A stretch of DNA of 64,000 nucleotides from NCBI GenBank assembly GCA_964583135.1, contig CAZOVE010000001.1:8622-72621 (forward strand), given 5' to 3'. Below the pieces are notes generated by a model. The model saw nothing but the letters and a program-made list of their open reading frames with translations, did not search any database and was not told the origin of the DNA. Source of the stretch: an uncultured Oscillospiraceae bacterium. Its GTDB lineage: Bacteria > Bacillota > Clostridia > Oscillospirales > Oscillospiraceae. Made by a program: the position numbers and the translations under genes. Numbering within the stretch: position 1 is the first letter of the stretch; each line of letters opens with the position of its first letter. Below, piece by piece: positions 16,899-27,139 of this stretch.

Positions 16899-19694
16899 TC
16901 ACACCTTCCTTTTTCTCTGCTCCAAGGACACCACCAGAGAGCAAAGCGTGTTCGGTTGCATTTGCCACGATACGCTATTGCCATTCACCGACAGCGGCAT
17001 GCTCTGCCGCTCACGCAGATCGGTTCGTGCGGCACTGCACACCGGTTGTTCAAAATGCACAGACACCGTTCCGGAATGATCGCCCGGACGCACGATCCGC
17101 AAGAGCAAGCCTTTGCCGTCTTCTGTCCGCTTGATACCAACCAAGCTACCGCCTTCTAGCCGCAATAAACTCCCCTCAGTCTGTGCCGGTTTTGCGTTTT
17201 CCTCTAACGGTAGAACACAGGCGCTGACATGGTGTAGTTGTCTGGATGCGGCAGCCATCAATTCTGCCGGTGTGGCAGAAACAGCCATAAGGGACAGTTT
17301 CATATAATGCAGGCCCTGATCCGGGCAGGAATCAGGCTCGAAGGGACTTCTCAACAGCGACACGGTCATCGCACCGTCATCCCCACGGAAACCATACTTG
17401 CAATCACACAAAACTGCCAGAGAAATGCCCTGCTCTGCCAAGGCACATCCCGCGCCCAAGGACGGAACATCGTGGCTGATCGCAGGTCTATCAACATAGC
17501 CACCGGCAGTCAGGTAGCGATAAGTATCGCAAGCATACCCGACATTGACCGGAAAACGCAGATGTGGAATCCCCGCAGGAAAACCACCTAGCTCATGCCA
17601 ATCCGCTTTTACAAAATAATCTAGCCGATCGCTCCCTGCATCCAAGCTAACAGTTACATCTAGCCGCGAATGACCGAAGCACACGTAATAATCCACACTC
17701 TGCCGCAATACGCCATGGCAAATATTTGTGACCATCACGGAGTTTTCCTCGTTCAGGCGGACGGTTTTTGCAGCAGGACCCGTTCGCCACGCCGCCATTC
17801 CGTAATGGGGATCTTCCGTGACACATTCGAAACCGCAAGCAGGCCGTTTGGGATCGATCAACTCCTTGCCGGATTCTTTATGGACCAAGCAGATGCACTG
17901 CATAGTCTGCCGCAGGAAGACCGCTTTCAGTTTTTCATTTTCCAACACCAGATGGGCATCGCTGAAGCGATCCTGTCTGGGCTCCCGGTTGACCGGGATC
18001 TGCACCTGCTCTGGTTCCGCATAGGATACGCAGCAAACGCTGTAACCCATGGGCGGCACTTGGGCTGGGATCAAAATTCGGCAGAAATCATGTCCCCAGA
18101 AGAGTTTACCCGTACCCATCAGTTGATAAGGGATCGACCGTCCCTGTGCATCGGTAATGCAAATCTGCTCGGGATCATGTTGCCAGTCCCAGAGCATTAG
18201 TTCGGTCAGCTCGTTACGAGGCTGCTCCGTCGTGTTGAATAGCATATACCAACGGTGGTCACCGGTGGTGCCGGTATGGGAGACACCATAACCTTCTCCA
18301 TCGCAGGAGAAGATACCCACGCCCACTTCCGGCAGGGCTTCCTTGCCGCCGGCTACTTGGGCGGCAATGCTCTGCATCGCCCGTTTGGCGGTGGTTTCCG
18401 TCCATGCCATGGCACGTTGGAACTCTCCCATTGCGTATTCACGAGTCTCTACCGTTCCCGAGCCGGGCAAAATATCGTGGAATTGATTAAACAGTACCTT
18501 ACGCCAACTGTTTTCGCTGCCTCGTGCCGGCCGATCTCCCGGATTCCAGATATGGGCCATCACATCTAGCGCTTCCGCATCCCAAAGTTTTTCCTCGCCG
18601 TAACGATTGGACCGCTTGATGCGGCTTTGGGAAGTATAACAACCGGTGAAAACGAAGTTCAGTTCCCCTTCTACAATCGGCAGTTGTTGGCGATAGCTTT
18701 CCATGTGCCGGAAAAACTGTCGAATAGAACCATGTTGCAAAGTAGGGAACAGCGGCCAAGTTTGCATATCCCGTAGCTGCTCCAAATCCCGACGGGTGGG
18801 CCCACCGCCGTGGTCGCCCACACCGTAAATGGCCAACACCGCATCCACCTTGTTGGTGCCACAGAATTGGGGCACATAACGGAACACGGAAGGTCCAACC
18901 GTCAGATTATACCAAACCGGCTCCCGGAAGGCGATCACTTCTGCACCGGAAGGGCTGCGCCAACGAAACAGGTTTTCTTTTTCCATGCCACGGCAGAAAT
19001 AATAATATTTCACACCGCCCTGACACAGCAGCTCCGGCACATGGCAACCATGACCAAAGGTATCCGGCGAAAAATCCAGATCCAGCTCTTCCTCCGGAAT
19101 ATCCAGAAGAGTGGAAATATATCGTTTCGAATACAGTATCTGCCGAGCCAACGCCTCGGTAGAGGGCATATTTTTGTCACACTCCACCCAAGTGGCAACG
19201 GAAGCTTCCCAGCGCCCTTCTTTCACTCGGCGACGGATCTCATCCAGCAGTTCCGGCGCATATTCTTCGATGATGGCATAGACCGATGCCTGTGGTTGGC
19301 TATAAACGAAGTCGGGGTACTCCTCCATCAGTGTCAAAACCGTACGCACGGTATCTACCGTCAATGCTACGGTTTCCTGATAGCCCCACATCCAGTTCAT
19401 ATCGATGTGGGCATTGGCTGTCAGGATCACCTTCAGGGCCTTCGCCTGCGGTGCCAACGCCGATAGCAGCATTTCCACTTCCTGTGCCGTGGAAGCCGTA
19501 ATGGCCTGATCTGCATTCACCCTTTCCTGCAAATGCGCAACACCGGGCAGGATCTGCTGATCCAAAGCGCCCTCCATGCTTCGGGACAGCTCCAGAAGAT
19601 AGGATAGTTCTTCAATGATTCGCCTGCCCCAATAAGTTGTTGCATATTTCTGCTCAATGTCATGCAGAATTGCACTTGAATTCATCTTTTTCAC
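16899..19694 (-). CDS. GH38 alpha-mannosidase (second paralogue)
   Basis: NAHIDMNWMW, PDTFGH, YGVGDHGGGP, GCYTSQ, NQFHDILPGS, DCKYGF; GTG start after GGAGGT. Confidence 0.92.
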   Translation of the reverse strand: MKKMNSSAILHDIEQKYATTYWGRRIIEELSYLLELSRSMEGALDQQILPGVAHLQERVNADQAITASTAQEVEMLLSALAPQAKALKVILTANAHIDMNWMWGYQETVALTVDTVRTVLTLMEEYPDFVYSQPQASVYAIIEEYAPELLDEIRRRVKEGRWEASVATWVECDKNMPSTEALARQILYSKRYISTLLDIPEEELDLDFSPDTFGHGCHVPELLCQGGVKYYYFCRGMEKENLFRWRSPSGAEVIAFREPVWYNLTVGPSVFRYVPQFCGTNKVDAVLAIYGVGDHGGGPTRRDLEQLRDMQTWPLFPTLQHGSIRQFFRHMESYRQQLPIVEGELNFVFTGCYTSQSRIKRSNRYGEEKLWDAEALDVMAHIWNPGDRPARGSENSWRKVLFNQFHDILPGSGTVETREYAMGEFQRAMAWTETTAKRAMQSIAAQVAGGKEALPEVGVGIFSCDGEGYGVSHTGTTGDHRWYMLFNTTEQPRNELTELMLWDWQHDPEQICITDAQGRSIPYQLMGTGKLFWGHDFCRILIPAQVPPMGYSVCCVSYAEPEQVQIPVNREPRQDRFSDAHLVLENEKLKAVFLRQTMQCICLVHKESGKELIDPKRPACGFECVTEDPHYGMAAWRTGPAAKTVRLNEENSVMVTNICHGVLRQSVDYYVCFGHSRLDVTVSLDAGSDRLDYFVKADWHELGGFPAGIPHLRFPVNVGYACDTYRYLTAGGYVDRPAISHDVPSLGAGCALAEQGISLAVLCDCKYGFRGDDGAMTVSLLRSPFEPDSCPDQGLHYMKLSLMAVSATPAELMAAASRQLHHVSACVLPLEENAKPAQTEGSLLRLEGGSLVGIKRTEDGKGLLLRIVRPGDHSGTVSVHFEQPVCSAARTDLRERQSMPLSVNGNSVSWQMQPNTLCSLVVSLEQRKRKV

Positions 19695-19730
19695 AATTCT
19701 ACCTCCCCACGCGGTGGTATCTTCCACCGA

Positions 19731-21281
19731 TCAATATTCCGGCTGACTCTTATCGATTTGCGCAGCGTTAAATTCATCGATGATGGCCTGACCACCGTTT
19801 TTCAGCCACGCTTGTACAGCCCGCTCATAGAAGGCCTCCGTAACACCTGAATTGAGGATAATTGCACCAAAGGTGTCATTCAAATAAGACTCCTGAATCT
19901 GAGAACCGATCTGAATGTTGGTCTCCGATTTCACCGTGGGCATCAAATAATCGTAGAACTTATTCTTGCAGTAATTTTCAAAGCTCTGACGCCAGTATGC
20001 GTACTGATCGCCGATGCCCAGCACATTGAACTGATTTTCATAGTCTGCAAAGTCTACCAAAGTATCGGCTCTGTTAAGGAAGGACAGGGGCTCGATCTGC
20101 GCCTGCTTATACGCATCTTCCCGCATGGATTCGGGAATCTTGCTATAAGTACCGTCCTCGTTTTTGGTGCACATCTGACCCTCGATGCCGTAGTAGCACA
20201 GGTTATGGCCCTCGGTCAGTGTCCACTCCAGGAAGTCGAAAATGCCTTCAATGGTATCTTCATCCAGTTGGGCATTGAAGTACATACCCCGATCCACTGG
20301 GAAGTTGACACGCAGACCACCCTCGATACCATCCGGGCCGGTAAAAGGACCCATAATGCCGATTTCCGCATCGGGGTCGCTTTCCTGCAGAGCTGCGTAC
20401 AGCTCCAGCATATCGGGATAGCCGCCGGGATAACAGGCAGCCCGACCGGTCATAAATTTCTGCTTACCATGGCTGACATCGGGATTCAGATCCGCTTCAC
20501 TATCCAGCAGACCCCGCTCCCGCATATCCTGCAGCCAGAACAGATAATCCTTCTGGCCTTGGGTCATAAAGGAGGGGATCAATGTATTCGGGTCATCCTC
20601 AGAGGGCTGCCAAGTGTTGATGACAGCACCAAACGCAGTGCCCACATCCTTAAACATCCAGCGTGTCTCACCCAAGCCCACCGTCATGGGGATTACATCG
20701 GGCATTTCTGCTTTGATCTTTTCCAGAGCCGCTTCCAGTTGCTCAATGGTGGTGGGTTCTTCAATTCCCAACGCATCAAACCAGTCTTTGCGATAATACA
20801 TAAAGAAGGGTATCTCGGAAGAAGTGGTATTGGGAATGAAATAGATATGTCCGTCCTCGTTGCGCATCATTTCCCAGATATCGTCAGAAACGGTAGCCTT
20901 TACGGCAGGATGGCTCTCCAACAAATCTTCAATTGGGTAGAATGCGCCCTGATCTTCGATCTCTCGCCATGAGGCATCCACAGGACCCAACGCCCACATC
21001 ACATCCGGGAAATTCCGGGTGGAGATGATGAGCTTCGCCTTAGCATCATACTCAACAACCGGCACGATCTGCACGTCAATGTCTACATTAGCAGCTTCCT
21101 CCAATGCCAATTCATATGGACCGTCCACGGTATAAGTAGCAGCACCCCACACAGGGCGCAGATAGGAAAAAGACAACTTTCCGTCCTCATTCCCCTGTTC
21201 CCCCGGCGTACAAGCAGTAATCGGCAGGATCAGTGCCAACAACAGCAGCACAGCCAACGAGCGTTTGATCATGTTTTTCAT
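19731..21281 (-). CDS. carbohydrate ABC transporter solute-binding lipoprotein (LplA-like)
   Basis: Lipobox ITAC; DGHIYFIP, YYRKDWFDALGIEEPTT, YGIEG, WLKNGG. Confidence 0.9.
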   Translation of the reverse strand: MKNMIKRSLAVLLLLALILPITACTPGEQGNEDGKLSFSYLRPVWGAATYTVDGPYELALEEAANVDIDVQIVPVVEYDAKAKLIISTRNFPDVMWALGPVDASWREIEDQGAFYPIEDLLESHPAVKATVSDDIWEMMRNEDGHIYFIPNTTSSEIPFFMYYRKDWFDALGIEEPTTIEQLEAALEKIKAEMPDVIPMTVGLGETRWMFKDVGTAFGAVINTWQPSEDDPNTLIPSFMTQGQKDYLFWLQDMRERGLLDSEADLNPDVSHGKQKFMTGRAACYPGGYPDMLELYAALQESDPDAEIGIMGPFTGPDGIEGGLRVNFPVDRGMYFNAQLDEDTIEGIFDFLEWTLTEGHNLCYYGIEGQMCTKNEDGTYSKIPESMREDAYKQAQIEPLSFLNRADTLVDFADYENQFNVLGIGDQYAYWRQSFENYCKNKFYDYLMPTVKSETNIQIGSQIQESYLNDTFGAIILNSGVTEAFYERAVQAWLKNGGQAIIDEFNAAQIDKSQPEY

Positions 21282-21294
21282 ATTCTGTTCCTCC

Positions 21295-22203
21295 TTATCC
21301 TTTTACGGCGCCAATAATGACGCCTTTCACAAAATACTTCTGCAAAAATGGATATACCAACACAATGGGGATCGTCGCAAATACGATGCAGGCCGCTTTG
21401 ATATTGTCCGGCTGCAAAACCAAGCCGCCGGAGCTGGTAATGCCGCCCATATTCAGCGAGCCCATACCTTGGGTATTAAAATCTACAATGATGGAACGCA
21501 GCAGCACCTGCAAGGGCCACTTGGTATTATCATTGATGAAATACAGTCCGGTAAAGTAGTCATTCCAATGGCCCACCGCATAGAATAGACCTACCGTTGC
21601 GATGATTGGTTTCGACAAAGGCAGCATGATCCGCGTGAGCACCGTCAGTTCACTTGCGCCGTCCAACATAGCTGACTCCGTCAGGCTGTCGGGAATAGTC
21701 CAGAAGAAGTTTCTCACCAACAACGCATTCATGGGATTGAGTAGGCTCGGAATGATCAGCACCCAGATGTTATCCAACAGTTTCAGATCACTCAGCAAAA
21801 TGTACACCGGAACCAGGCCTGCACCAAACAGCATCGGAATCACCGTCAGCCACAACATGATCTTACTGCCCGGTGCCCGCACTCGGGACAGGGCATAGGC
21901 ACAGGTCAGGGTAATGATCAGGTTCATCAATGTACCAACTACCGTTGCAAAAACGGTGATGCCAAAGGATTTCATCAGCGCCGGCGTCTTGAAAATATAC
22001 TTATAAGCCTCCAAGGTCAGCGATTCCGGCAGCAGCATCATCGGATTGTTCATGATGGCATGGGCTTCGCTGAAGGATTTCGCCACAATGTTGATTAACG
22101 GATACAGGCAAATTATGGATGCGATGACCAAAATACCGTAGATCAAGATCTTGGCGTACAAAGGGTTGTCATTGATTTTGCGTTTTCTGGTTGTCTTTAC
22201 CAT
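21295..22203 (-). CDS. carbohydrate ABC transporter permease (LplC/MalG-like)
   Basis: IPDSLTESAMLDGAS EAA loop; VYPFLQKYFVKG. Confidence 0.92.
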   Translation of the reverse strand: MVKTTRKRKINDNPLYAKILIYGILVIASIICLYPLINIVAKSFSEAHAIMNNPMMLLPESLTLEAYKYIFKTPALMKSFGITVFATVVGTLMNLIITLTCAYALSRVRAPGSKIMLWLTVIPMLFGAGLVPVYILLSDLKLLDNIWVLIIPSLLNPMNALLVRNFFWTIPDSLTESAMLDGASELTVLTRIMLPLSKPIIATVGLFYAVGHWNDYFTGLYFINDNTKWPLQVLLRSIIVDFNTQGMGSLNMGGITSSGGLVLQPDNIKAACIVFATIPIVLVYPFLQKYFVKGVIIGAVKG

Positions 22204-23135
22204 AGAGACTTCTCTCCAATCTTACGGGTAATCTTATTGGCAAGGATGATCATAATCATGCCAACCAACCCCTTCATCATGCCCATTGCTGTAGATATTT
22301 CATAATTGCTGTTGAGCAAACCCATGCGATAAATATAAGTATCGAAGATGTCACCCACTTCATGCAGCGTGGGATTCAGGAACATATAGATCTGATCAAA
22401 TCCGGCACTGAGAATATTGGCAACAGACATGCAGTATTGGAAGCAAATGATCCCACGCATACCGGGCAATGTCACATGCCATAGCTGTCGCATTTTTCCT
22501 CCGCCGTCGATCGCACAGGCTTCATACAGCACCGGATCCACGCCGGCAATGGCAGCCATATAAACGATCGAACTCCAGCCGGTGTTCTTAATGATGTCGG
22601 TAATCAGGAGCATTGGAATTAAGGCATCCGGATTGGTCGTCAAGTTGACTTGCTCCATACCCAGTTTGGCCAACACCTGATTGATGGCGCCATTCGGGCC
22701 GGTGAAACTGTATACTACGCCGTAAAAAACCACCCATGACAGGAAGAAGGGAAAATAATTCACTGCCTGAACAGTTTTCTTGAACCATCTGGAGCGGACT
22801 TCGTTTATCAGAAGTGCAAACACGATGGGAATCGGCATACACACCAGAATGCGAAGAACGCTGATGCGAACCGTGTTCCACAGCAGCGTGTAGAACTTTG
22901 GATCCTTGAAGATCAACTCGAAATGAAACAAACCGACCCACTCGCTATCGGCAATACCCTTGAAGATCTTGAAATCCTTGAATGCAATGGCCAACCCGTA
23001 CAAGGGCGAATAGTTAAAGATGATCATAAAGATCAGCGAGGGAAGGAACAGGATATACACCCATTTATTCTGCATGATCCGCGCCCATAGGCTACCCGTT
23101 TTATGTAATCTTGTGCGTTTCTCAACCACTTGCAA
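22197..23135 (-). CDS. carbohydrate ABC transporter permease (LplB/MalF-like)
   Basis: YSPLYGLAIAFKDF, LYEACAIDGG; TTG start after GGAGGT. Confidence 0.92.
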   Translation of the reverse strand: MQVVEKRTRLHKTGSLWARIMQNKWVYILFLPSLIFMIIFNYSPLYGLAIAFKDFKIFKGIADSEWVGLFHFELIFKDPKFYTLLWNTVRISVLRILVCMPIPIVFALLINEVRSRWFKKTVQAVNYFPFFLSWVVFYGVVYSFTGPNGAINQVLAKLGMEQVNLTTNPDALIPMLLITDIIKNTGWSSIVYMAAIAGVDPVLYEACAIDGGGKMRQLWHVTLPGMRGIICFQYCMSVANILSAGFDQIYMFLNPTLHEVGDIFDTYIYRMGLLNSNYEISTAMGMMKGLVGMIMIILANKITRKIGEKSLW

Positions 23136-23157
23136 TGATCGCACCTCCATATCATCG

Positions 23158-24159
23158 TTACTTTTTCCGCACAACACTTCCCCGGTCGTTGAGGTCGAAG
23201 GAAACATGATACTGCGTTGCACGGATCAGCGTTTTCTCGATCAAATTGAGCATCATTTGCGCAGCCCGCCTGCCCAGCTCCGTGTGGTGCAGATCCACGC
23301 CGGTGATGGGCGTCGATTGCATCCGCACCAAAATCCCTTCACCGCCACAAATCATCGAGCAATCTCTCGGCACACGCAACTTGCGCTCGTTGAGCGCTTC
23401 CAAAATCCCCACCGCCTGCGTGTCGCTGTTAGCGATCACCGCACTCGGTAGCGGATGCGTATCCAGATAATCCGACAGGGCTTGCCGTGCATCGTCCACA
23501 GTAAAGCCACATTGGATCACTTGTTCCGGATCAAAGGGTATCCCCCATTCTTCTAGAGCAATCTTATACCCACTGAGTCGGTCTTGACTGATGGTGTATT
23601 CCTGAGGCGGATTCACAAAGAGGATCTCCCGATGGCCATGGTCCAACACATGCCTTGTCATACGATATCCCACCGCCACATTATCCGCATCCACATAGCA
23701 GAAATCGTCATCGCCATCGCCGGGCCGTCCGATAATCAAGCAGGGGACATGAGATTTGCGCACCGCCTCCAAAAACTGATTGTTATCTCTGGGATTGATG
23801 ATCAGAATCCCATCCCCCAACATTTGGGAAGAAAAAGGGATCAGACTTTGGTTATCCGTCGCTCTGGGCGTGGGTGTGACGATTACATCATACCCACGCT
23901 CCTGTGTCACCGAAAAAATGCCGGTCAGTAACTCGTTCAAAAACATATGGGTAGGCAGCGTTTCCAAATCAGAACAATACAGGCGCAAAACCCGATGATT
24001 TCGACCTGCGGAGGACCTCCCCTCATAACCCATCTCCCGAGCCGTCTGCAATACCAACTGCCGCACCGCCGGGCTAACAGAACCTTTTCCATTAAGCACA
24101 TAGGAAACGGTGGCTGTTGACACGGAGCACCGCTCCGCAATATCTTTATATTTTACCAT
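23158..24159 (-). CDS. LacI-family transcriptional regulator
   Basis: KDIAERCSVSTATVSYVLNG HTH; GHREI, RLSGY, VPRDCSMI. Confidence 0.93.
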   Translation of the reverse strand: MVKYKDIAERCSVSTATVSYVLNGKGSVSPAVRQLVLQTAREMGYEGRSSAGRNHRVLRLYCSDLETLPTHMFLNELLTGIFSVTQERGYDVIVTPTPRATDNQSLIPFSSQMLGDGILIINPRDNNQFLEAVRKSHVPCLIIGRPGDGDDDFCYVDADNVAVGYRMTRHVLDHGHREILFVNPPQEYTISQDRLSGYKIALEEWGIPFDPEQVIQCGFTVDDARQALSDYLDTHPLPSAVIANSDTQAVGILEALNERKLRVPRDCSMICGGEGILVRMQSTPITGVDLHHTELGRRAAQMMLNLIEKTLIRATQYHVSFDLNDRGSVVRKK

Positions 24160-24172
24160 ATTGCGCTCCTTT

Positions 24173-24189
24173 AAGTTAACGGTTAACTT
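24173..24189. promoter_or_regulatory. palindromic operator upstream of the second lacI
   Basis: AAGTTAAC-G-GTTAACTT perfect inverted repeat next to the RBS. Confidence 0.65.
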
Positions 24190-24231
24190 GTTTCGTTCGT
24201 CAAAATACGTTCAAATGATCCTTCCGTTCTC

Positions 24232-24260
24232 ATTTTAGCACAATGATTTTTGGTTGTAAA
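24232..24260 (-). promoter_or_regulatory. sigma-A promoter for the lacI-ABC-GH38-GH172 operon
   Basis: Minus strand TTTACA-17 nt-TAAAAT with a TG extended -10. Confidence 0.6.
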
Positions 24261-24469
24261 TAGTTAATTCGTTAAGTTGTCCAGTTTTGTTCTTTAATTC
24301 CGTTGTAATATCGGCATTTTACCCAGTATCACAAATGCGCCACTCCCGCGCCTCTCCTAACTCCGGGCATGGCCCTGCCATGCCCATCAACTTAAGTTTA
24401 ACTAAAGTGCCGGCATGCTCGATACGCAATATGCAATCCCTTGGATTTCCTACATACCATATCATTTCT

Positions 24470-24513
24470 AAAAAATCCCCCCTGTGGAGCTTTACTCGCC
24501 CACAGGAGGGGAT
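24470..24513 (-). terminator. intrinsic terminator after the beta-helix gene
   Basis: ATCCCCTCCTGTGG...CCACAGGGGGGAT followed by TTTTT on the minus strand. Confidence 0.7.
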
Positions 24514-24530
24514 GTGCATAATCTAATGGT

Positions 24531-26957
24531 TTATTTCTGATACCGCTCCGGCAGGTCATCGGTCTTCAACAAGGTACCGGTCAGATGTTCCGACACAAAT
24601 TCCTGATTGTTTACCACATCGGTATCCAACGTATATTGAGACGTAAAGTGGAGCGTCAGCGTATTAAAGCAATTGACCACACCGCCGTTTTCCGTATAGA
24701 ACGTATCACGATCATTGTACTTAAACATATTGACCGCATACAGCATACCGCCGTTCACTTTCCAAATGTAGTCACTACAGTTGTCCGAATTGCAAGCCAG
24801 GATCTTCGCTTCGGAGTTGATGCCTTCATAGAATGTGCGGATGCCAAAGGCCGAGGTGTTGACGATCGATACATTGGTGCTGTTTTCAACCTTGAACAAT
24901 GTCAGATTAGGGCGAGTGATCTCACTGTACATATAAGACATTCCATTGACATCCGTCGGCCAACTGCGAATAAAATACTCCGTCAATGCAGGATAAGATA
25001 CATACCCGATCCGGCAGACCACGGCCGCATTTTCCAGCAGCTCATCCAGATACACATCCTGACAATTCACAACATGTACGCCCACCTTATAGTAGGCACC
25101 GCTCAGCTCGGTGATCACAACACCCTTGGTATTGACAATCTCCACACCGTAGGGAACACCCAGAATGCTACACTGGGCGATATAGGCATTCTCGCCCAAA
25201 ATCCGCACCGTGTAAGAGTGGAGCTTATACTGCTTATCCGTCAGTCGAGGTGCCGGCTTGTTGTCAGGATAGATGATGCGGATGCCCTGCATACCGCTGT
25301 TTGTACCCTGCAATGTGATCAGTGCCGTCATATTCTCTGCCATGAATTCCTCTGTGGCATAACCGTAATTGCCCATTAAGGCTGTGCCCTTACTCATACC
25401 GATCTGGTCGTGGGTGGATGCGCTAGCAGCACCCTTCAAGAGCGTATTGTCATACACCGTCAACGGCTGATCCAGCCAGTAGCAACCAGCTTTCAAATAG
25501 ACGATGCCACCACCATTGGCACGGGCATCATCGAGCGCTTGCTGAATGGCCGCAGAAGCATCCGTAGCTGCCGTATTGTCTGCGCCGTAATCTCTGCAGA
25601 CATCATAGACGGCCCCGACTGCTTCCGGCAGAGCCGGGCAATCGGTCGTGGCCAATTTTCCTTCCGCTTTCAATGTAGCGTACGCATCCTCAGCTCCACT
25701 GATGACGATACTGTCGCCATAGGTATCGCCCACCAGTGTGGTGTTGACCAACTTGACTACCGAGGTAGTCTCATCCAGTTCGTTTATGCTGTAAGTGGAG
25801 CCTTCCAGATAGCTTTCGGCAATGGTTACGCCGAAATTAGGCATCATATTATCCACTCGCAAAGCCGTTTGCGTGTTCCGTACATCCAAGCGGTAGAACT
25901 GGCCGATAAAATAGATGGTATTTGTGAAGAAACGACGGATTCCATCATAAAGGCGCACACCGATACAAACATCGCGAATAGTAATGTCGTCAAAGAACAA
26001 CCATTCCAGATCACCAAGCAGCATACCGGTGGTATACTTCATAGTATATTCATCCAGTTTGTCCCCATCTACGGAGCAAAGCGTACTATTTTTCCAGTAG
26101 TCATTAGAAATACTCAAATTCTTCACAACTCCGGCTTCACTGGCGATGTAGAGTTGGAATCCCTGATATAGGAATGTACCCTTGATGTTTTCCAGATGGA
26201 CCTGTTCAAAGGCTGCAGCATAGCCACCGCTGTAGACCGATGCGGTAGCACCACCGATGATGCCCTTGTAGCAATTGATGAAGGTCACATTCTTGACGGT
26301 CGTTGCCATATGGTTGATGTGTCCGCCATCACCAGCAAAGGAAGGGATCTCTATCGCAAAGGGGTAAGGTGTCACATTGTTGATGTCCTGTTCCGGATAC
26401 CAGATGGTCACGCCGATCAAACCGGCACTACCTCCCATGCGGAACAAAGCTGGGAAGTTAGCATAGATATCATCCCGGTCCGCCAGAATGGGGTTACGGG
26501 TTTCCTCCTCCGCAGGAGCCACATCCGCCACAATGATGGTGCCATATTCGCCGTTAAAATCCTCCGCATCCGGATCGTTCCAGTCGCCGACCAGATACAC
26601 AAAGGACGGAACACGAATCTGAGAAGACACTAAATACCGGCCACGGGGAAGAAAAACCGTGCCACCACCGTTTTCTGCGCAAGTATCCAGTACGCTCTGA
26701 ATGGCCGTCGTGCTGTCCGCCACACCGGTCGGGTCTGCGCCGTTGGCAGTATCGATAATATAGTCAGCCAAAACAACTCCCTCCGTCTCATACACTGTGT
26801 CGATCAGGCCAGGCTCGTAATTCAAATACTCATATTGCGGATACTCGGTATTGCCTGCACTTTCCGTCGTCGGGACCGGTTGCTCCGGTGCACAACCAGC
26901 TAGCACACAGATCATGCTCAACAACAACGCCATCCATCTTATAATAGTCTTTCTCAT
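24531..26957 (-). CDS. lipoprotein with two right-handed beta-helix (pectin lyase fold) domains, putative glycosidase/lyase
   Basis: Lipobox LAGC; two copies of the cap motif, GADPTGVADSTTAIQ..GGGTVFLPRGRY and YGADNTAATDASAAIQ..GGGIVYLKAGCY. Confidence 0.8.
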   Translation of the reverse strand: MRKTIIRWMALLLSMICVLAGCAPEQPVPTTESAGNTEYPQYEYLNYEPGLIDTVYETEGVVLADYIIDTANGADPTGVADSTTAIQSVLDTCAENGGGTVFLPRGRYLVSSQIRVPSFVYLVGDWNDPDAEDFNGEYGTIIVADVAPAEEETRNPILADRDDIYANFPALFRMGGSAGLIGVTIWYPEQDINNVTPYPFAIEIPSFAGDGGHINHMATTVKNVTFINCYKGIIGGATASVYSGGYAAAFEQVHLENIKGTFLYQGFQLYIASEAGVVKNLSISNDYWKNSTLCSVDGDKLDEYTMKYTTGMLLGDLEWLFFDDITIRDVCIGVRLYDGIRRFFTNTIYFIGQFYRLDVRNTQTALRVDNMMPNFGVTIAESYLEGSTYSINELDETTSVVKLVNTTLVGDTYGDSIVISGAEDAYATLKAEGKLATTDCPALPEAVGAVYDVCRDYGADNTAATDASAAIQQALDDARANGGGIVYLKAGCYWLDQPLTVYDNTLLKGAASASTHDQIGMSKGTALMGNYGYATEEFMAENMTALITLQGTNSGMQGIRIIYPDNKPAPRLTDKQYKLHSYTVRILGENAYIAQCSILGVPYGVEIVNTKGVVITELSGAYYKVGVHVVNCQDVYLDELLENAAVVCRIGYVSYPALTEYFIRSWPTDVNGMSYMYSEITRPNLTLFKVENSTNVSIVNTSAFGIRTFYEGINSEAKILACNSDNCSDYIWKVNGGMLYAVNMFKYNDRDTFYTENGGVVNCFNTLTLHFTSQYTLDTDVVNNQEFVSEHLTGTLLKTDDLPERYQK

Positions 26958-27139
26958 TTCTTTCCTCCTCGGTTCATTAGAATTGCGCAGATGATCGCCA
27001 CCGTCGCCGACAATACCAGCGAAAGCACCGTCACCACAAACTCTGCCGTTCCGGAACGTACGTAAAACAGCATCACCAATGATGCCACAGCCACAATTCC
27101 GGCAAACCGGAAAAAGAAACTCAAGGTGTTTTCTTCCAT
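26954..27139 (-). CDS. small two-helix membrane protein
   Basis: 61 aa with two hydrophobic segments; overlaps both neighbours; GAGG RBS. Confidence 0.65.
   Translation of the reverse strand: MEENTLSFFFRFAGIVAVASLVMLFYVRSGTAEFVVTVLSLVLSATVAIICAILMNRGGKK

Noticed and set aside
24300..24470. Possible riboswitch or sRNA (hairpin GGGCATGG..CCATGCCC) upstream of the second lacI
   Set aside because: One short stem, located upstream of the predicted promoter; no recognisable RNA family signature. An Rfam/Infernal search would settle it.
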